The notes under the pieces are model-generated. The model did not search any database. It had not been told where the DNA came from and saw only the letters and a list, made by a program, of their open reading frames with translations. A stretch of DNA of 64,000 bases from Yuukianura sp. NJ FZ-2021 (Eukaryota), in the NCBI GenBank assembly GCA_046563655.1, contig CM102287.1, positions 2,790,001 to 2,854,000 on the forward strand, read 5' to 3'. Made by a program: the position numbers and the translations under genes. This document shows, piece by piece, positions 27,501-40,850 of the stretch. Position 1 is the first letter of the stretch. Each line of letters opens with the position of its first letter.

Positions 27501-27951
27501 ATAACATTGAAATATTTTGGTAAAAATGTTACGCAAATCTGAACAGAATTGCAAAAGATAATAAGCAGTCAACTTTGACCACTTTACAAAAAAAAAAGTT
27601 GACAAAAAAGTGTCAACTTTATGTCGAGAGAAACCTTCTTCCTTCCTTGTCAAATTGGAAATTACAGTTTTCTTTTCATAAAAATAGATTCTCAAAATCA
27701 GAAACAAGTTTTTCCCTACAAACATTCTCACAACATCCCCATTTTCTCATTTTTCTAATTCCTCATTCCATTAAATTTCACTAAAAACAATAATTTACAA
27801 ATACTAGTAACTATCTTACAAACTTTCAGAAAACTATATGACCTTGTCCGCATTTTCAAAAAAAAGTTTTCTAAAATTCAAAATTTTGGTTTTGGAAAGT
27901 TACCTGCGTGGCCTTGATCCTTCTCAACGTCACTTTCTTTTCTCTAGACAT
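21525..27951 (-). CDS. NOSTRIN: NOSTRIN-like F-BAR plus SH3 protein, short isoform
   Basis: Exon 1 MSREKKVTLRRIKATQ; GQNEFEELRRVVKQGGDFCKDLAAVLQERSELEATYAKGL (F-BAR); EQLLPDFYAED; SH3 CRAIYDYE..DELTIKTGE..DGWWLGELNGQVGIFPATYVEE. Confidence 0.88.
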
Positions 27952-30648
27952 TTTAGTTAACAGTAAAGCTCAACTTCAGTTGTTCCAATCCCGTATTCTG
28001 CCTATCATCACTTCACTAACGAAGTAACATTTTGTAAATGTTTTGCGAAACTGTTTTTTGAACAAGGTTGTTCTAAAGTTTTGAAATTTCTGAAATTCAA
28101 AATTCGGAGATCAACTTTCGCAAACTGCTTTTGCACAAATAACCTGCAAAACACAAAGCATCCGTGATTTTTGCGTGATCCAGGGCAAATGCCCTTCAGT
28201 TCCCAGCCCACGCCTTGACGTTGACCTTTACATCAACTAAAAGCTGTTTTCGCTAAATTCGAGCCGTTTTGCAACAAAACTTTTTTGCAAATGTGGTGTA
28301 GGCGTTTTTGCAACAATTCACTAAAAATTCCACTCTACCGCAACAAATAAGGGCTGCGGTGAGGTCTAAGTCCGGGCGTTGGCAACACTTGGATACAATG
28401 ACCACAACAATTCACTTCTTCCACAGAAGTTACAGTTCACAATCCAAAAAAGTACAAATCCAAAATAATTTAAAATGTCACACTTTTTAAATTTTGAGGA
28501 AATACAAAAACCCGTTTTCCCACATCCAAATTGCAATTCACCGTTCACAAATCCACTTTATGCAACCAAATGTCACCTCATGCACTAAATTGTCACTTTT
28601 AGCACAAAAAATGTCGCTTTATGTATAAAAAATGTCACTTTTAGCACAAAAAAGTGTCAATTTACCCTAACAAATTCCGTAATTACTCAAACAATAGTAG
28701 CCATACTGCTTAAAAACTGGAAATTGCGAGAGAGTTGAGAGTTGATATGTCATTTGTTGTGTAACTACTGAAACTTAGGTGTGAAAAGTGACACCCAGAG
28801 ATGCACTGTATACAGTAAATGGGACAATTGACACTTTGTCACCTCTTGGCCACTTAATTTGAAGTTTCCTATGAACTTTGTATGTTTTTTGGAAAGTTAA
28901 GCTGTTGAATGTTGTTGGGAAGAAGAAGGAGAGACTACAACTGACAAGATGAGGGTTATGTTGAAGTGCAGAATAAGTTTACAAAATGAATTGTTAGGTT
29001 AGGGGAGAGGGTTGGAGATCCTATTCTACCTGTACAATTGAGTATAGCAATTAAGGAACAATGGAAGGTGGTGACGGTGGTGACGGTGGCTGCAGGAACT
29101 GGCTATAAGGAAACACAACAACCTCAAAACGCAGACACCGTGCCCCAGTATACATAAGTAAGGTGCTTACGTAGCACATTTGTTACACAAATTACACAAA
29201 AACACCAAAACAGGAACTCTTTTGAACAGAAAAACCGAATTTTTTAAAAAATTTGAAAAATTGTTTCAAATTAGACAATGTTCTAGTAGTGCTCCGTTCA
29301 GAAAATTTTTTAATTGAACTACACATTTTCAATGCAAAGCTTAAAAGGTCTCGAACTTGCCAGAGAGTAAAAAAATAATTTTTTTGAAACGGAGTTTAGC
29401 AGACGCAAAAATTCGACAAACAAATTCAGAATTTGAAATTCAAATTCTGAAAAATTTCTCACTTCGAATTTTGAAGAGCAATTTCTGAAAAAACTTACAA
29501 CAATTTTGAAATTCTAATCATCGTTGTTTTGAAAAAACTATTTTTTTGGTCTGTAACGGACAAAATGTTCCGCATGTTTGAAAATTTAGACAATCAAGAC
29601 TTGATTTTTTTCATTTTCGATTCACTTCAATAATTCAAGAGTCACGTTAGGTTAGGGAGTTAAAAAAATACAAGTTTTGCAACTTTTTGGGAATTTAGTT
29701 TTGAATGCCAAATTTTGAAATCACGGAGTACATAGAGGTCTTTCGCCCTCTGTTGATTGAATAACATTTTTGAATTGAGTTGAATTTAATAATGTCGAGG
29801 TCAAACAATTAAACTTGAATAACAGGGAAATCACAGGGAGCAACTAAACGCCATTACTCAAATCATCAATCAACTTTTGACCATAACAAAAAAGGAAATT
29901 CGAAAACGCAATCAAATTGTAACTGAAAATTTCGTGTTATGACCAGTTTCAATAAAATTTAACCAATTTCAAAAAGGAAACAAGCTCTGCTGGTCAATCT
30001 AAACATTTTGATCAATGTGAATTTTTATAAACCCAAACAAAAACGTTTTTCAGCAACAACACAAGAACACAACAAATGTTGCACGCAAACCTTAAATTTT
30101 AGTAAGCATTTTCCTTTTTTGCACACTTCAGGCAATTGTAAACTTTTAACTGCCTGTGATTCCGTTTTTGCAATTTGCTTGTTAAATTTTTGACCAGTTT
30201 TGACGTAATTCAAGAAAAAAGGTGAATTTTTTAAAATTTTATTTTTGAATTTTGAAGATGCTAGAACAGTGGATTGCCTTTAGAAAAAGTTTATGAAAAG
30301 CGTTTCATTAATTTCCTTTTGTTTATTGTTTTTGAATTGGAGTTCCGAAAATAGTTAAATTCATTACGATTTCCGTAGAAATCAAGTGAGCTGAGCATTG
30401 TGACCGTTTTGTGGTTATTATTGGAACGTTAATGTTAATTTTTATGAACACTAAAAGAACTTATAACGGTATCGCGTCATTTGCTTCGCTAAGTTTTGGC
30501 AAAAAGAGAAAAGCAGAGGCGTTCTGGATGCATTTTCCTATTCAACTTTTTCATTCTCAACTTAACCCACACATAAGCTTCAAAAATAGCAAATTCGAAA
30601 TTTCATCAAAACTAGAGATTTCAGAAAGTTCAAAAATTCAAAACGTAC

Positions 30649-32100
30649 CTGGTCACAAGCAAGTCCTTCCACAAATCGCTGGTCAGTTCTAAAATTTTGA
30701 AGGTCATCGATGTCCCCATCAAAGCTATGGTTGATCTTCGCATTTGCCTTGAGGCTGTTGACCCGATTGACGCCTGTTGATCCTTTTAAACTGTTGACCC
30801 GATTGACTCCCTTGAGACTATTGCCTCTGTTGACTCCTTTGAGACTGTTGACCTTGTTGATTTGCCCATTTGTAGTGTTGATCTTATTGACATGAGCGGT
30901 ACCCGTACCGTTGACACCATTAGCGGTATTGCATTTGAACGGTAGTTTGATCGGGAACTTGACCGAATCGAATCCAAGGTCGATACTGAGCTGCTCTACC
31001 GGAGTTTTCACTTTTCGGCGGTACCACGAACCGACTTTCCGTTTCATCGACTCCATATTCCCTTTAATGACATTCTTGCTTTCAAAAAAACCGGTCGGCG
31101 AACCGGTACGGCCGGTTTGGAAGTTCGTCGCTGGGGGACGGTCAACGTTAATCTTGTAGTCCGACATCATGAGCTGACTCAGTCTGGACGATTTTCCGAA
31201 CGATGCCGACTCCTCTGCTTTGCGTCTTCGGTTTTTGATTGAGTTGACCTTCCTCGGTGGGAGGTTAATGACATGATGAATAATTGGCAATGGAGTTTGG
31301 AGTGTGATGGGTTCCGCCTTGGGGTCAATTGAGATTGTCGTTACTCCGTTCGGACTTTGATGAACTTTGTACTTGACACAAGTAGCAGAAGTGGGTGGAA
31401 GTGGATTGAGGACGCTCGATTTCATTCCGAATCCTCCGACATTTGGCTTGTCTTTGGGAATCACGAGTTCTTGAAACTTGGACACAATGACAGTGTTGTC
31501 ACCTTCGTCGTCGTCGTTGCCTCGCATGTCGCTGATGTCGTCACCTCGCATGTCGCTGATGTCGTCACCTCGTATGTCGCTGATGTCGTCACCTTGTCGG
31601 TTGTCGTCTACTGGTTCTGTAAGAATGTCAACATCGAGAGGAGTGGGCGACATCAGAGGGCGTGTTTTTGAAAAGTGTTTTGGAACGGGTTCGGTTTTTT
31701 CTGATGCGTCGGGATTCGTTTGAAGCGTGTCGAATTTTTGAGGGCAACGCACTTCCTCATTAGAATGTCTTTGCAAAGATTCAATTCCTGGCGTGATGTT
31801 CACTCTTTCTTCACTTCCGCATCTCTCAAGTGAATTGAGAGTCAGGGAAGTGAGACTCGTTGAAATGCTGGGTGGAATTGGTATGCGGATCTCCGAGGTC
31901 AATATGTTATGGTGCACGCATGGACTCACGATGGCCTCCGACCAGTCTTCAATCATTTCGTAAATTTCGTCATCCAGAAGCGATTCTTCTCGGGCAGCAC
32001 ATTGCAGCGATCCGCCCTCTCCAGCATCTCCAACCATCGCTGCAACTTTCAAAGCAAGCGTTTCGCGGTGACTGGTTCCAGCAAATTCCGTTTTTAGCAT
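30649..32100 (-). CDS. Large low-complexity exon (~480 aa), probable alternative first exon of NOSTRIN
   Basis: Long ORF ends at a phase-0 donor CAG|GTACG, compatible with the phase-0 acceptor at 27006; internal repeats GDDISD(M/I)R x3 and VNRVNSLKG x~4. Confidence 0.65.
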
Positions 32101-34363
32101 TTTACAAATCAATACGCTGGCTTTTGGTTTGAAAGCGTCTTCAGTCTTTTTGCAGTTTTTGACTTCAATTGCAGGGTTCGGCTTTAATTTTGCAGTTGGT
32201 CAGTTTTTGCCTTCAATTTTGCTGTGTTGCAGTTTTTGACTTGACCTCGGCGCTGAAAAGCTGGAAGTTGAAGTTGACCTTGCTCAGACGTCCTTCACAC
32301 TTCAATGAAAATGTGCCACTGGATGTTCTTTTTGTAAAAGAGTTCTGGATAAGTTGTCTCCATTGTTTTTGATTAAGCGGTTAACTCTGCTTCTGGTTTG
32401 GTTTACTCCAGAATGAATTTGTCCTTCACGAGACCGTCACTTTCCAGCAGCTCTGTGACAAAGCGTAATTCCAGTTCATTAATTCCTCGTCACTTCACAC
32501 TAATCACAAGATAAAATTAAATGGAAAATCCTTAAGATTTCACTTACACTTTCAAAATTAATTTCCAATTGGATCTTCATCCTTTCTGGACCATTAAGTC
32601 TTCCTGATATTTCTTGGCACGTGATTTCAGCATCTTCTAAAACTGTTTCTTCTTGACTCTTTTCTGGTCCAAATCCAAACATCAACTAAATCTTCTGGTT
32701 CCAAAAACTTTTCTCTTGGCTTTCCTCCTTTCCCCTCCTCTTCCAAGTTCTTCTTTTAGAATTTGTACGCAGGGATTCTATTTCTGATAGCTTCTTCTCA
32801 AAATCTAGATAAAATCCACAGACAAACGGTATGTTAAAATTTAGACACAACACAAATTCTTACAGTTACTCCTACTTACCTGCCAAAATCACAAGCTTTC
32901 CTCACTTTGTCACTTCGTGAGGTACGAAATCTTCAGAATCCACAGCACTTCTTAGCACCTTCAGTCCAAAAATTCTTGTTCTAAAAATGTCCACTTTCTA
33001 AAATTCAAAAACTTCAAAAGAGGATTAGGATTGATGAGTCCAAGTCCAGGACAAGAGGAGCCAAAAATCTAAAAGTTTATGAAGTAAAAGTTTTTTTTAG
33101 TATTTTGGATTTGTCAAAATTTGACAACGCTGAACTGGAATTGATTTGGGAGTTTCCTTTGTATTATGAAAAATGTACACAATAACATAATCAAAATCAA
33201 CAAAAAGTGGAAAGTAAACAGGTCAAGTGATAAAAAACAGCGATGAGCAATCAGAATCAGCGATTGTGAATCACTTTCAGCTGGACAAATTTAATGAACA
33301 ATTAAACTGGTTTTGAATCATCAATAATTTGGGAGTTATGCGATGGTGTACAAATCAATACAAACATAAACTTTAAGAACTAAACTGTTAATAATTAACT
33401 CAAACACAATTAATCCAATTTTTGATAACATGCTTTAAATTAAATTAACAGTTTTTGCACATTCCCAATTTTTTTTAAAATTTAGACAATGTAAAACTAA
33501 AACCGCACGTAAATTTTTTTTTGGAAAATAACCTGTACAATTTTACTAAAACCGAAAAGTTTCCATAATTAGAATTACCTTCGACCGAGTTTTGAAAACA
33601 TAAAATTCTTTTGAAAATTTTCCTGGTTAAATTCATTTTGAACTGTGATCGTGATGATTTTTAGCGTAAAACTTTTACTTTTAAGTGGGGAGACATAACT
33701 TCTTGGAGCTTTCCTCCCAGAATTTTCATAATGCATTAATCGATTAATATGAATTAATCGATTAATTCATAGCCTATAAAAAGTTGCTTTGTTAATTTTT
33801 TGGTTTATGCTGAATGAAACCATGAGTTGTCTTTTTGAAGTCCTCTTACGCAAAATGCAAAGCGCGCTTTGACTTTTTTAACAAAGACGGTATTAAACAT
33901 TAACCTTTTAACTCTAAACGTTAACAATTAGTGTTAACAACAACAAATGCGCTTACTAAAAAGCCTCTTCAAATTGACTTTTTGAAATTTTGAAAATTTT
34001 GAAACCAGGAAAACCTCTCGACGAAGCTCCTTGGTATAAGTCACACTGGTCTTATTTGTTAAAGCTGAATTGGAGCATAATCTTATTTCTAAAGTTTAAA
34101 AAGTCGATTGTCTCCAGTACAACTTTTTGTGTTGTTGTATCTCATCACTTTGCTAAGATGGTCGAAATATACAAAAGTTTTGTGCATGTATGCTTAAAAA
34201 CACTCCGAATTATACAAAACATACAAGCTTAAATACTCTAATTTTAAAATGGTGCCACTTTACTCGGCTCTGGTGCTCATTGCTCACTCTGGTGGTGGTA
34301 CGGTGTCGTGTTCGTTTCGAACTTCGGTTCGGTTTGGTGCCGAACTCTGGTCCGAAACCGGTT

Positions 34364-35141
34364 TTACATTCTGGATCCACGGGACTGCAGAACCCGTTCC
34401 TTCTCACTCCAAACACCATTGATGCTATCACCAACAGTTCCACTGGCAACTTCTCGGCTCACGACGGCTAAGAACTCACTGTCGCCTCCACCGCCCCACC
34501 CACTCCCTATACTCACCAACTGCTCGAACTTCCATCCATCCGATAACGTTGAGATCATCTGAGTGAGTTCGTCTTCATGACACTGCAGAACACGGTAGAC
34601 GGTACGAGTAGTCGACGGAGGCGAAGTTTTGGACTTGATTAGCGTAATCAAAGAAGTTATGTTGTAGAATTCCGCTTCCTCCAGAACTCCTATGAGTAAC
34701 AGAAAAAGCACATCAATCACATCGAGACATTAAACCAATTAACGTTAATTACAAACGTTATAATAACGTTGAGAAAACTTGCTTACCCTCTTCCTTCAAG
34801 CCGCCGTCGATAATCAACTTTCCATGTCTAAGGTAATTTAGAACGACAGAAAAGTAGCGCGGGTCACGATCGATCAAGTACGCCCCAGACGCATCCTAAA
34901 CGAACATAACACGTTTTCATAAAAATGTTTTCATCCATTGTCGAAAATCAAACGTTTTCAAGTAATTGATTACCTTAGAAGAAATGAGGTCCGTATCCTG
35001 GCATAATCGGTAGAGAAAGCTCTTGTCGTCCTTACACAGCGTCGTCCGTGTTGTCGTAAATTTCGTTCCGCCGACGTTTAGAGTTATCCAGGGATCTGGA
35101 CAGTAGTCTACTGGACTCGAATGTGAAGCTGAATTCATCAT
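34364..35141 (-). CDS. KCTD5: BTB-domain protein of the KCTD2/5/17 (insomniac) family
   Basis: [82 protein letters not shown]-terminal RGSRM. Confidence 0.93.
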
Positions 35142-36722
35142 TTTCACTTTCACTTCACTAAAAAACTAAAATTACAATGGAAGTAAAATGGGATGGGGAT
35201 GGGAAGATGACCCAAAATGTAACAAGCAACAAGGAGTTGACCACAGGACTGATTCAATCGTTTATCGTACCACTTAAGGTTAATTGAACTTAACCAATTA
35301 AGAACAGGCTGTTAAGTTTCAATCATCGCCAGCAATCAGCAGAGTCGTTGCGTATTTGTGTAGTAGTTTTTGTAGTATTTGTCTTTGTTTATTGTTTGTT
35401 TGTTCTTATGTGTTATCTAAAACTCTAATCAAAACTTCGTAATTTACACTCGGTTGCACTAAAAGTTCCCTCAGCAGGTACCCGTTTCTTGTCGCGTCAT
35501 ACAGACACGCGCATTTGCAGAAACTCACTGTCCGAAAACTGTTTAATACAGTGTCTAATTAACTTCGATTTTAGTTAGCATTAGTCGTAAGCACACCTAA
35601 ATAGTTGCTGTATTTAATTCTTTAACAGTTTACTTGACTTTACTTGAGTAGCAATTAAATTCAATTAAGTGCAAGAGATGTCCAGCAATGTGTAATTTGT
35701 GTGACGTCGGCTTGCATTTGAACTTTTACAGTTACTGTACTTTTTCAAATGAATTTGGAATTTGAATTTTGGCGGTTTTCATATAACAACAAAAAGGGCG
35801 GAGGTAGTTTCGTAACAGGAAAAAGCATTTTGCAAATGGCATTTCTACAATTGCAAATTGCAAAACCAAAGAGAAATTCCTAAAAAACAAGTCTCTAAAA
35901 CAATAATTTGCATTATTTTATAACAATATAAACAACGTTGTTGAAAATAATATGCGGTGTAAAATAGTACATTGTAAAAGCAGCATCTAATCGTAAGTTA
36001 ACTGTGAACCACTGGAAATAAAATATTTCTTGGAATATAGTCGTATGGAACTTGCAAAACACACAATCAGAATCGCATTTTAATTGCAAAACTGTCAGTT
36101 TTGCATTGGAATGGCAAAATACAAATGATAGGGAAGAGGTTGGAAAGTTGGAGTTGGAATTGAGTCAATTTGGAGCATGCATAGTGTGAAACCCATTGTG
36201 AAAAAACTAAGTGTCTGTTGAGAGCTAGCGAAAGATCACACGGGACACAGGAGTGTATTTTGTTTTTTTTTTCGGATGCTGGAGGGCAAAAACAGAAAGT
36301 GGAGCCTTTTATGAATTCTGGCGGGCACAGAAGGGCGGGTTGTTATCCTTATCATCGATGGTGTTTCACGCTAACGGAAACTGTTTCAAACACGGGTAAG
36401 AGATTTAAGTTATCATTTCCTGAGATTGTTTATATAACTTCTGATAAGATTTAAACTGAAACCGTTCTGTTCAATTTTCTGACCGCTTCCATATGTTCTG
36501 TAGTAGCTGTCGTCAGTATCGTGTTGCGGTTTGAATCCAAAGCATAAACAATCAGCAACTTGTTGCTCTCCATCCCGTCCGTACCGGCAGTGCCAAGCAT
36601 TCCTGTCTGCTAAACGACACTTAAAATCCAGTTTGGTCCAAGAAGTAAGCAAAAATGTCAAACGTTTCATAAAGTTACACTGATTTCAACTACAGTGCTA
36701 TGTAAATTGTTGAGGTGTTTCA

Positions 36723-38775
36723 ATGGAAAGGAGAATTTCAACCCGGAACAAGCCAGAGCCGAAAGTTTCTTTCAAAGTGGAGGCGGATGTGATTGATCTA
36801 ACGCTGGAAGACGTCGCAGAGCAATCTGAGGATTCTGGTTTCGGACGTGAAGAGTCACCACGTCCTCTTCCAAATCGCAAATTGCCAGATAAACTCCCTC
36901 GTACTGAAATTTCCGACACTTCGATTGACACCAATCATGATCACCAACACAGCGACAGCAACACGTCGTCAATACCCGAAGGGCAATATGAAGTAGAAGA
37001 GATCATTGACTACGTCCGAGATAAGACTGAGGAACTATATTTGGTGAAGTGGCTAGGATGGGAACCTGAGCACAATACTTGGGAACCCCCTTCAAGTCTT
37101 TTCAACTGCCAAGAGGCCTTGACTGCCTTTTTCCTCAAGAGAACTGCCGAAATCAAAGCATCGGGGACTCTGAAACTTGAGAAACCGGATTACATCAGTA
37201 ACGAAACTGGATCGAAACGAAGAAAAGGGACACACACAAGAATTCATCTTCCGCCGGATCCAACTCCACTCGGACCACGAGCTACAGCGTTCTACGAAGC
37301 TACAAGATTCCCGACTCCAGCTGAAACTAAAGTAATCGATTACCCAAATTGCATTTTAAACCATGTTCTAAAATGGGTCTCCTCTAGGAACTCGAATTAT
37401 TATGGAGAAAAGATTTTCAGAAGTCACTAACCGGAAAATGTAAAAAAGGTGTTTCCGCCGTTCGATGGCACCGCACAAAGTTAGATGAGATTCTCATATC
37501 AGCTACCAAGAAAAACACGAGACTAACGCCAGAAGAAGATGCTGACCTGCGCAAACAAATTTTTCTGCATGACAAAGACGATTTACGACAAATCGCCAGT
37601 GAAGAACTCAAGGTTAGTTGTGTGAAATTCAACAAATCAAAATTCTGTAAAACTTCTTGAAGTTTAGAAGCTTGTTCTAAGTTTTTTTCCTTAATTTCGT
37701 TTTGAAAACGTAGGATTGGGAGGAGGAGCTAAACGAAATCAGTGAAGGGAAGCCAAAGTTGACAGTGGAGAACTTAGCCGACTGGGAAGGTCCGCCCAAA
37801 GAGTTTACATACATCAACGACTACTTACCGACCGGTGACATCATTATACCGAGTGACCCTATTGTAGGATGCTCCTGTTCCGACTGTTACCATGAAAAGA
37901 AAAACTGCTGCCCAGCACAATTCCACTCCCATTTTGCCTACACTCAACACAAGAAGTAAGATTTTTGAAACTTTTGGAAAAAGAAACAAAAAAAAAAAAA
38001 ACGTTTTGAAATTAAAAACTTACGTTTTACATTGTCGTTTATGTCTTTTCAGGGTCAGAGTTTTACCGGGAATTCCAATTTACGAATGTAACAGTAAATG
38101 TGAATGTGGGCCAGAATGTCCAAATCGTGTTGTGCAGGACGGTCGTGTCAACATATCTCACCTCGCTTTATGTATCTTTCGGACGTTCAACGGACGTGGT
38201 TGGGGTGTAAAAACTTTGAAGGTCAGTCATTTTTTAAAAATTGTCAACGTACAAACTAAAATTTGTGTTTTTTGAACAGAAAATTGTCAAAAATACGTTC
38301 GTGTCTTTGTATTTGGGTGAAATTATAACTTCGGAAGAAGCTGAGAAGCGAGGGAAAGAGTACGATAGAAATGGCTGCACATATTTATTTGACCTTGACA
38401 TAAACGATGGTAGAGATGCCAATCGATACACTGTGGATGCTACCAAGTTTGGCAACATTTCGCACTTTATCAATCACAGTTGTGATCCCAACTTGGCCGT
38501 GTACTCTGTCTTTGTCAACTGCCTGGATCCTGATCTTCCTAAACTAGCTCTCTTTGCTACGAGAGACATCGCAAGAGTAAGTTGACTTACTTTTAAATCT
38601 TACTTCAATTAATTGATCAATTAATTAGTTAAATTGATTACTTTGTTATAAGGGGGAGGAGCTATGTTTCGATTACGAGCATCAAGTAATAGCTGATCCA
38701 CAACCGCATGAGGAAGGAAGACTCAAACAACCATGTTTCTGTGAATCCAAAAATTGTCGCAAGTATTTCTTCTAA
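36723..38775 (+). CDS. Su(var)3-9: H3K9 methyltransferase Su(var)3-9/SUV39H (chromo, pre-SET, SET, post-SET)
   Basis: [90 protein letters not shown]. Confidence 0.95.
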
Positions 38776-39499
38776 AGTTTGTACTTTAGACAAAACTGAT
38801 TTAGATTCGTTAAACTTATGTCCCAGTTCCAAATTGACCTTGACCTTTGACTTTTTATGTACAATTCAAAGGCACACCTCAGTTTTTGTCTTTAGCTTGT
38901 TTAGCATGAGCCGCATGTGGAAGTTGGACTCTAAATTTTTCATTGTCATTTTATTTAACAGTTTGCTCTAAAATTCCACATTCCTGATTATTGATCCAAT
39001 TCCTTAATTCCTACTCAAATTGTGTTTAATTTTGATCGTTCCAGCGTTATGTTACGAAACATGATATAAAAACCTGATCCAAGTGCTATAATTGACATTG
39101 ATTTTATCATTCTTGCGAGTAGTTATTTTTAAAACAAATTCAGTTATAGTATTTAAAAGTTCAATTCTCAGCCCAATTCCTGCCGGTTTAGGCCTTATTA
39201 CTACTAAAATTAATTTCCAATAGAAAATCGAGCAAGAGTGATCCGCACCTATAGTGCTCACCCTAACCCCGGCACCCTCGTAACATATGGGCATCGACTA
39301 ATTACACATTAACATTTAAAAGTTTTATACCTGAACTTATAACATTGTAAAATATATAAAAATTAGCAAATTATTATTTAAAAAATTTGTATTATTTATT
39401 ACTATTTTTAAACAAGCGAACAAACGAATATGTTTAACTCTTCACTTCATCTTTCCTAAAGTTAAAATTACCACTAATTAATCAAAAATCAAAATGATT

Positions 39500-39826
39500 A
39501 GTCGTCAATGATGATGTTTCAGTGATCAATGAGGATTTACTGTGACCACTGATTAATTTTCAGTGATCGCCAAAAACTTTTCAGTGACCACTGATTATTT
39601 TTCAGTGACCACCAAATACTTTTTAGTGACCACCGATGATTTTTCAGTGACCACCGATGACTTTTCAGTGATCACTGGTGATTTTTCAGTGACCACCAAC
39701 AACTTTTCGGTGATCACTGGTGATTTTTCAGTGATGACTCACGATTTTTCAGTAATCACTGATGATTTTTCAGTGACCAATAAAAACTTTTTGTTCATCA
39801 CTGATGACTTTTCAGTAACCACCAAA
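39500..39826 (+). repeat. 21-bp minisatellite (~15 copies)
   Basis: TTTTCAGTGACCACCGATGAT-like units in tandem; produces the spurious DFSVTTD-repeat ORF. Confidence 0.9.
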
Positions 39827-39867
39827 AAGTTTAAACTCGTTTCCAATTTTCCTTAGAACAGTAACCC

Positions 39868-40266
39868 CAGTGTTGGTGGACGCTTAAACGTCCAGTGGCT
39901 TAATTGCCACTTCCAGTGGATATCCACTGGAAGAAACGCGCCCCAAATGGACGAAACTAAAAGTGGATGGAAGAAATCACAAATTTCGCGCGAAATTCAA
40001 ATCAATTCAAATTTAAATTTACGAAATGATATCAGAAAGCTTTACTTTCGTGATTATAGTTAATATATTATTTAAAACGCATTCAAAAACTATATTTACA
40101 TAGTTTTTGTACTGTGTTTTTCATGTTTTTTAGTTTTTTGTAGTCAATTAATTCAAATTCGGAGGGGAAAGCTCCGCCCCTTTGGATTCATCCATTTCGT
40201 CCATTTCTTCCACTGGATATCCAGCCGTGGACGAAATGCCGAAAAAGTGGATATCCACCAACACTG
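39868..40266. mobile_element. hAT-family MITE
   Basis: TIRs CAGTGTTGGTGGA / TCCACCAACACTG; perfect 8-bp TSD AGTAACCC (39860-39867, 40267-40274); subterminal palindromes CCAGTGGATATCCACTGG. Confidence 0.9.
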
Positions 40267-40850
40267 AGTAACCCTGATTCTGTTAGGTTGTAATAACCTA
40301 AGCGTAAGTAGTGGTATGAGTATATCACACTGAGTGAAAAATGCCGATGCATATGCACGAAAAGTGCCGAAGTACTTGCCTCTTCCACTCTACTCTCGAT
40401 TTTCTTCTGGAGTGGAATTTTAGTATGTAAAAACATATTTTTCTCAAAAACTAAAAAGTGATGTAAGGGATTGTTAACTGATATTTAATTAATTATTGAA
40501 TTAAACTTCCATTCAATTAAAAACATAACAAGTATGAAGGGAAAACTACAATTAACGTCTAGCTTTAATTGCAATTTTGATTTAACTTTAGTTTTTAATT
40601 GCAGTTTGATTTGAGGAAACAATCTGCAATTTTTGATTCTTCAGCAGCCTTTGACCTTGAAAATGGCGATTAAAAACCAGTTTTGCTTTGAATGATGAGA
40701 AAAGGAAGGGATTTGACCAGGGTCAAGTGAGATTTTGTATTTCTGCACATCAGGAACAGTTAATGTTCAATGATAAATTTAACTTAACAATTAGTTAAAG
40801 TTAAGTACAAAAAAGTTAACATGCAAAAAGTACTAAAAAAGTTGAAAGGT

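Noticed and set aside
39563..39856. DFSVTTD-repeat ORF
   Set aside because: Translation of the 21-bp minisatellite
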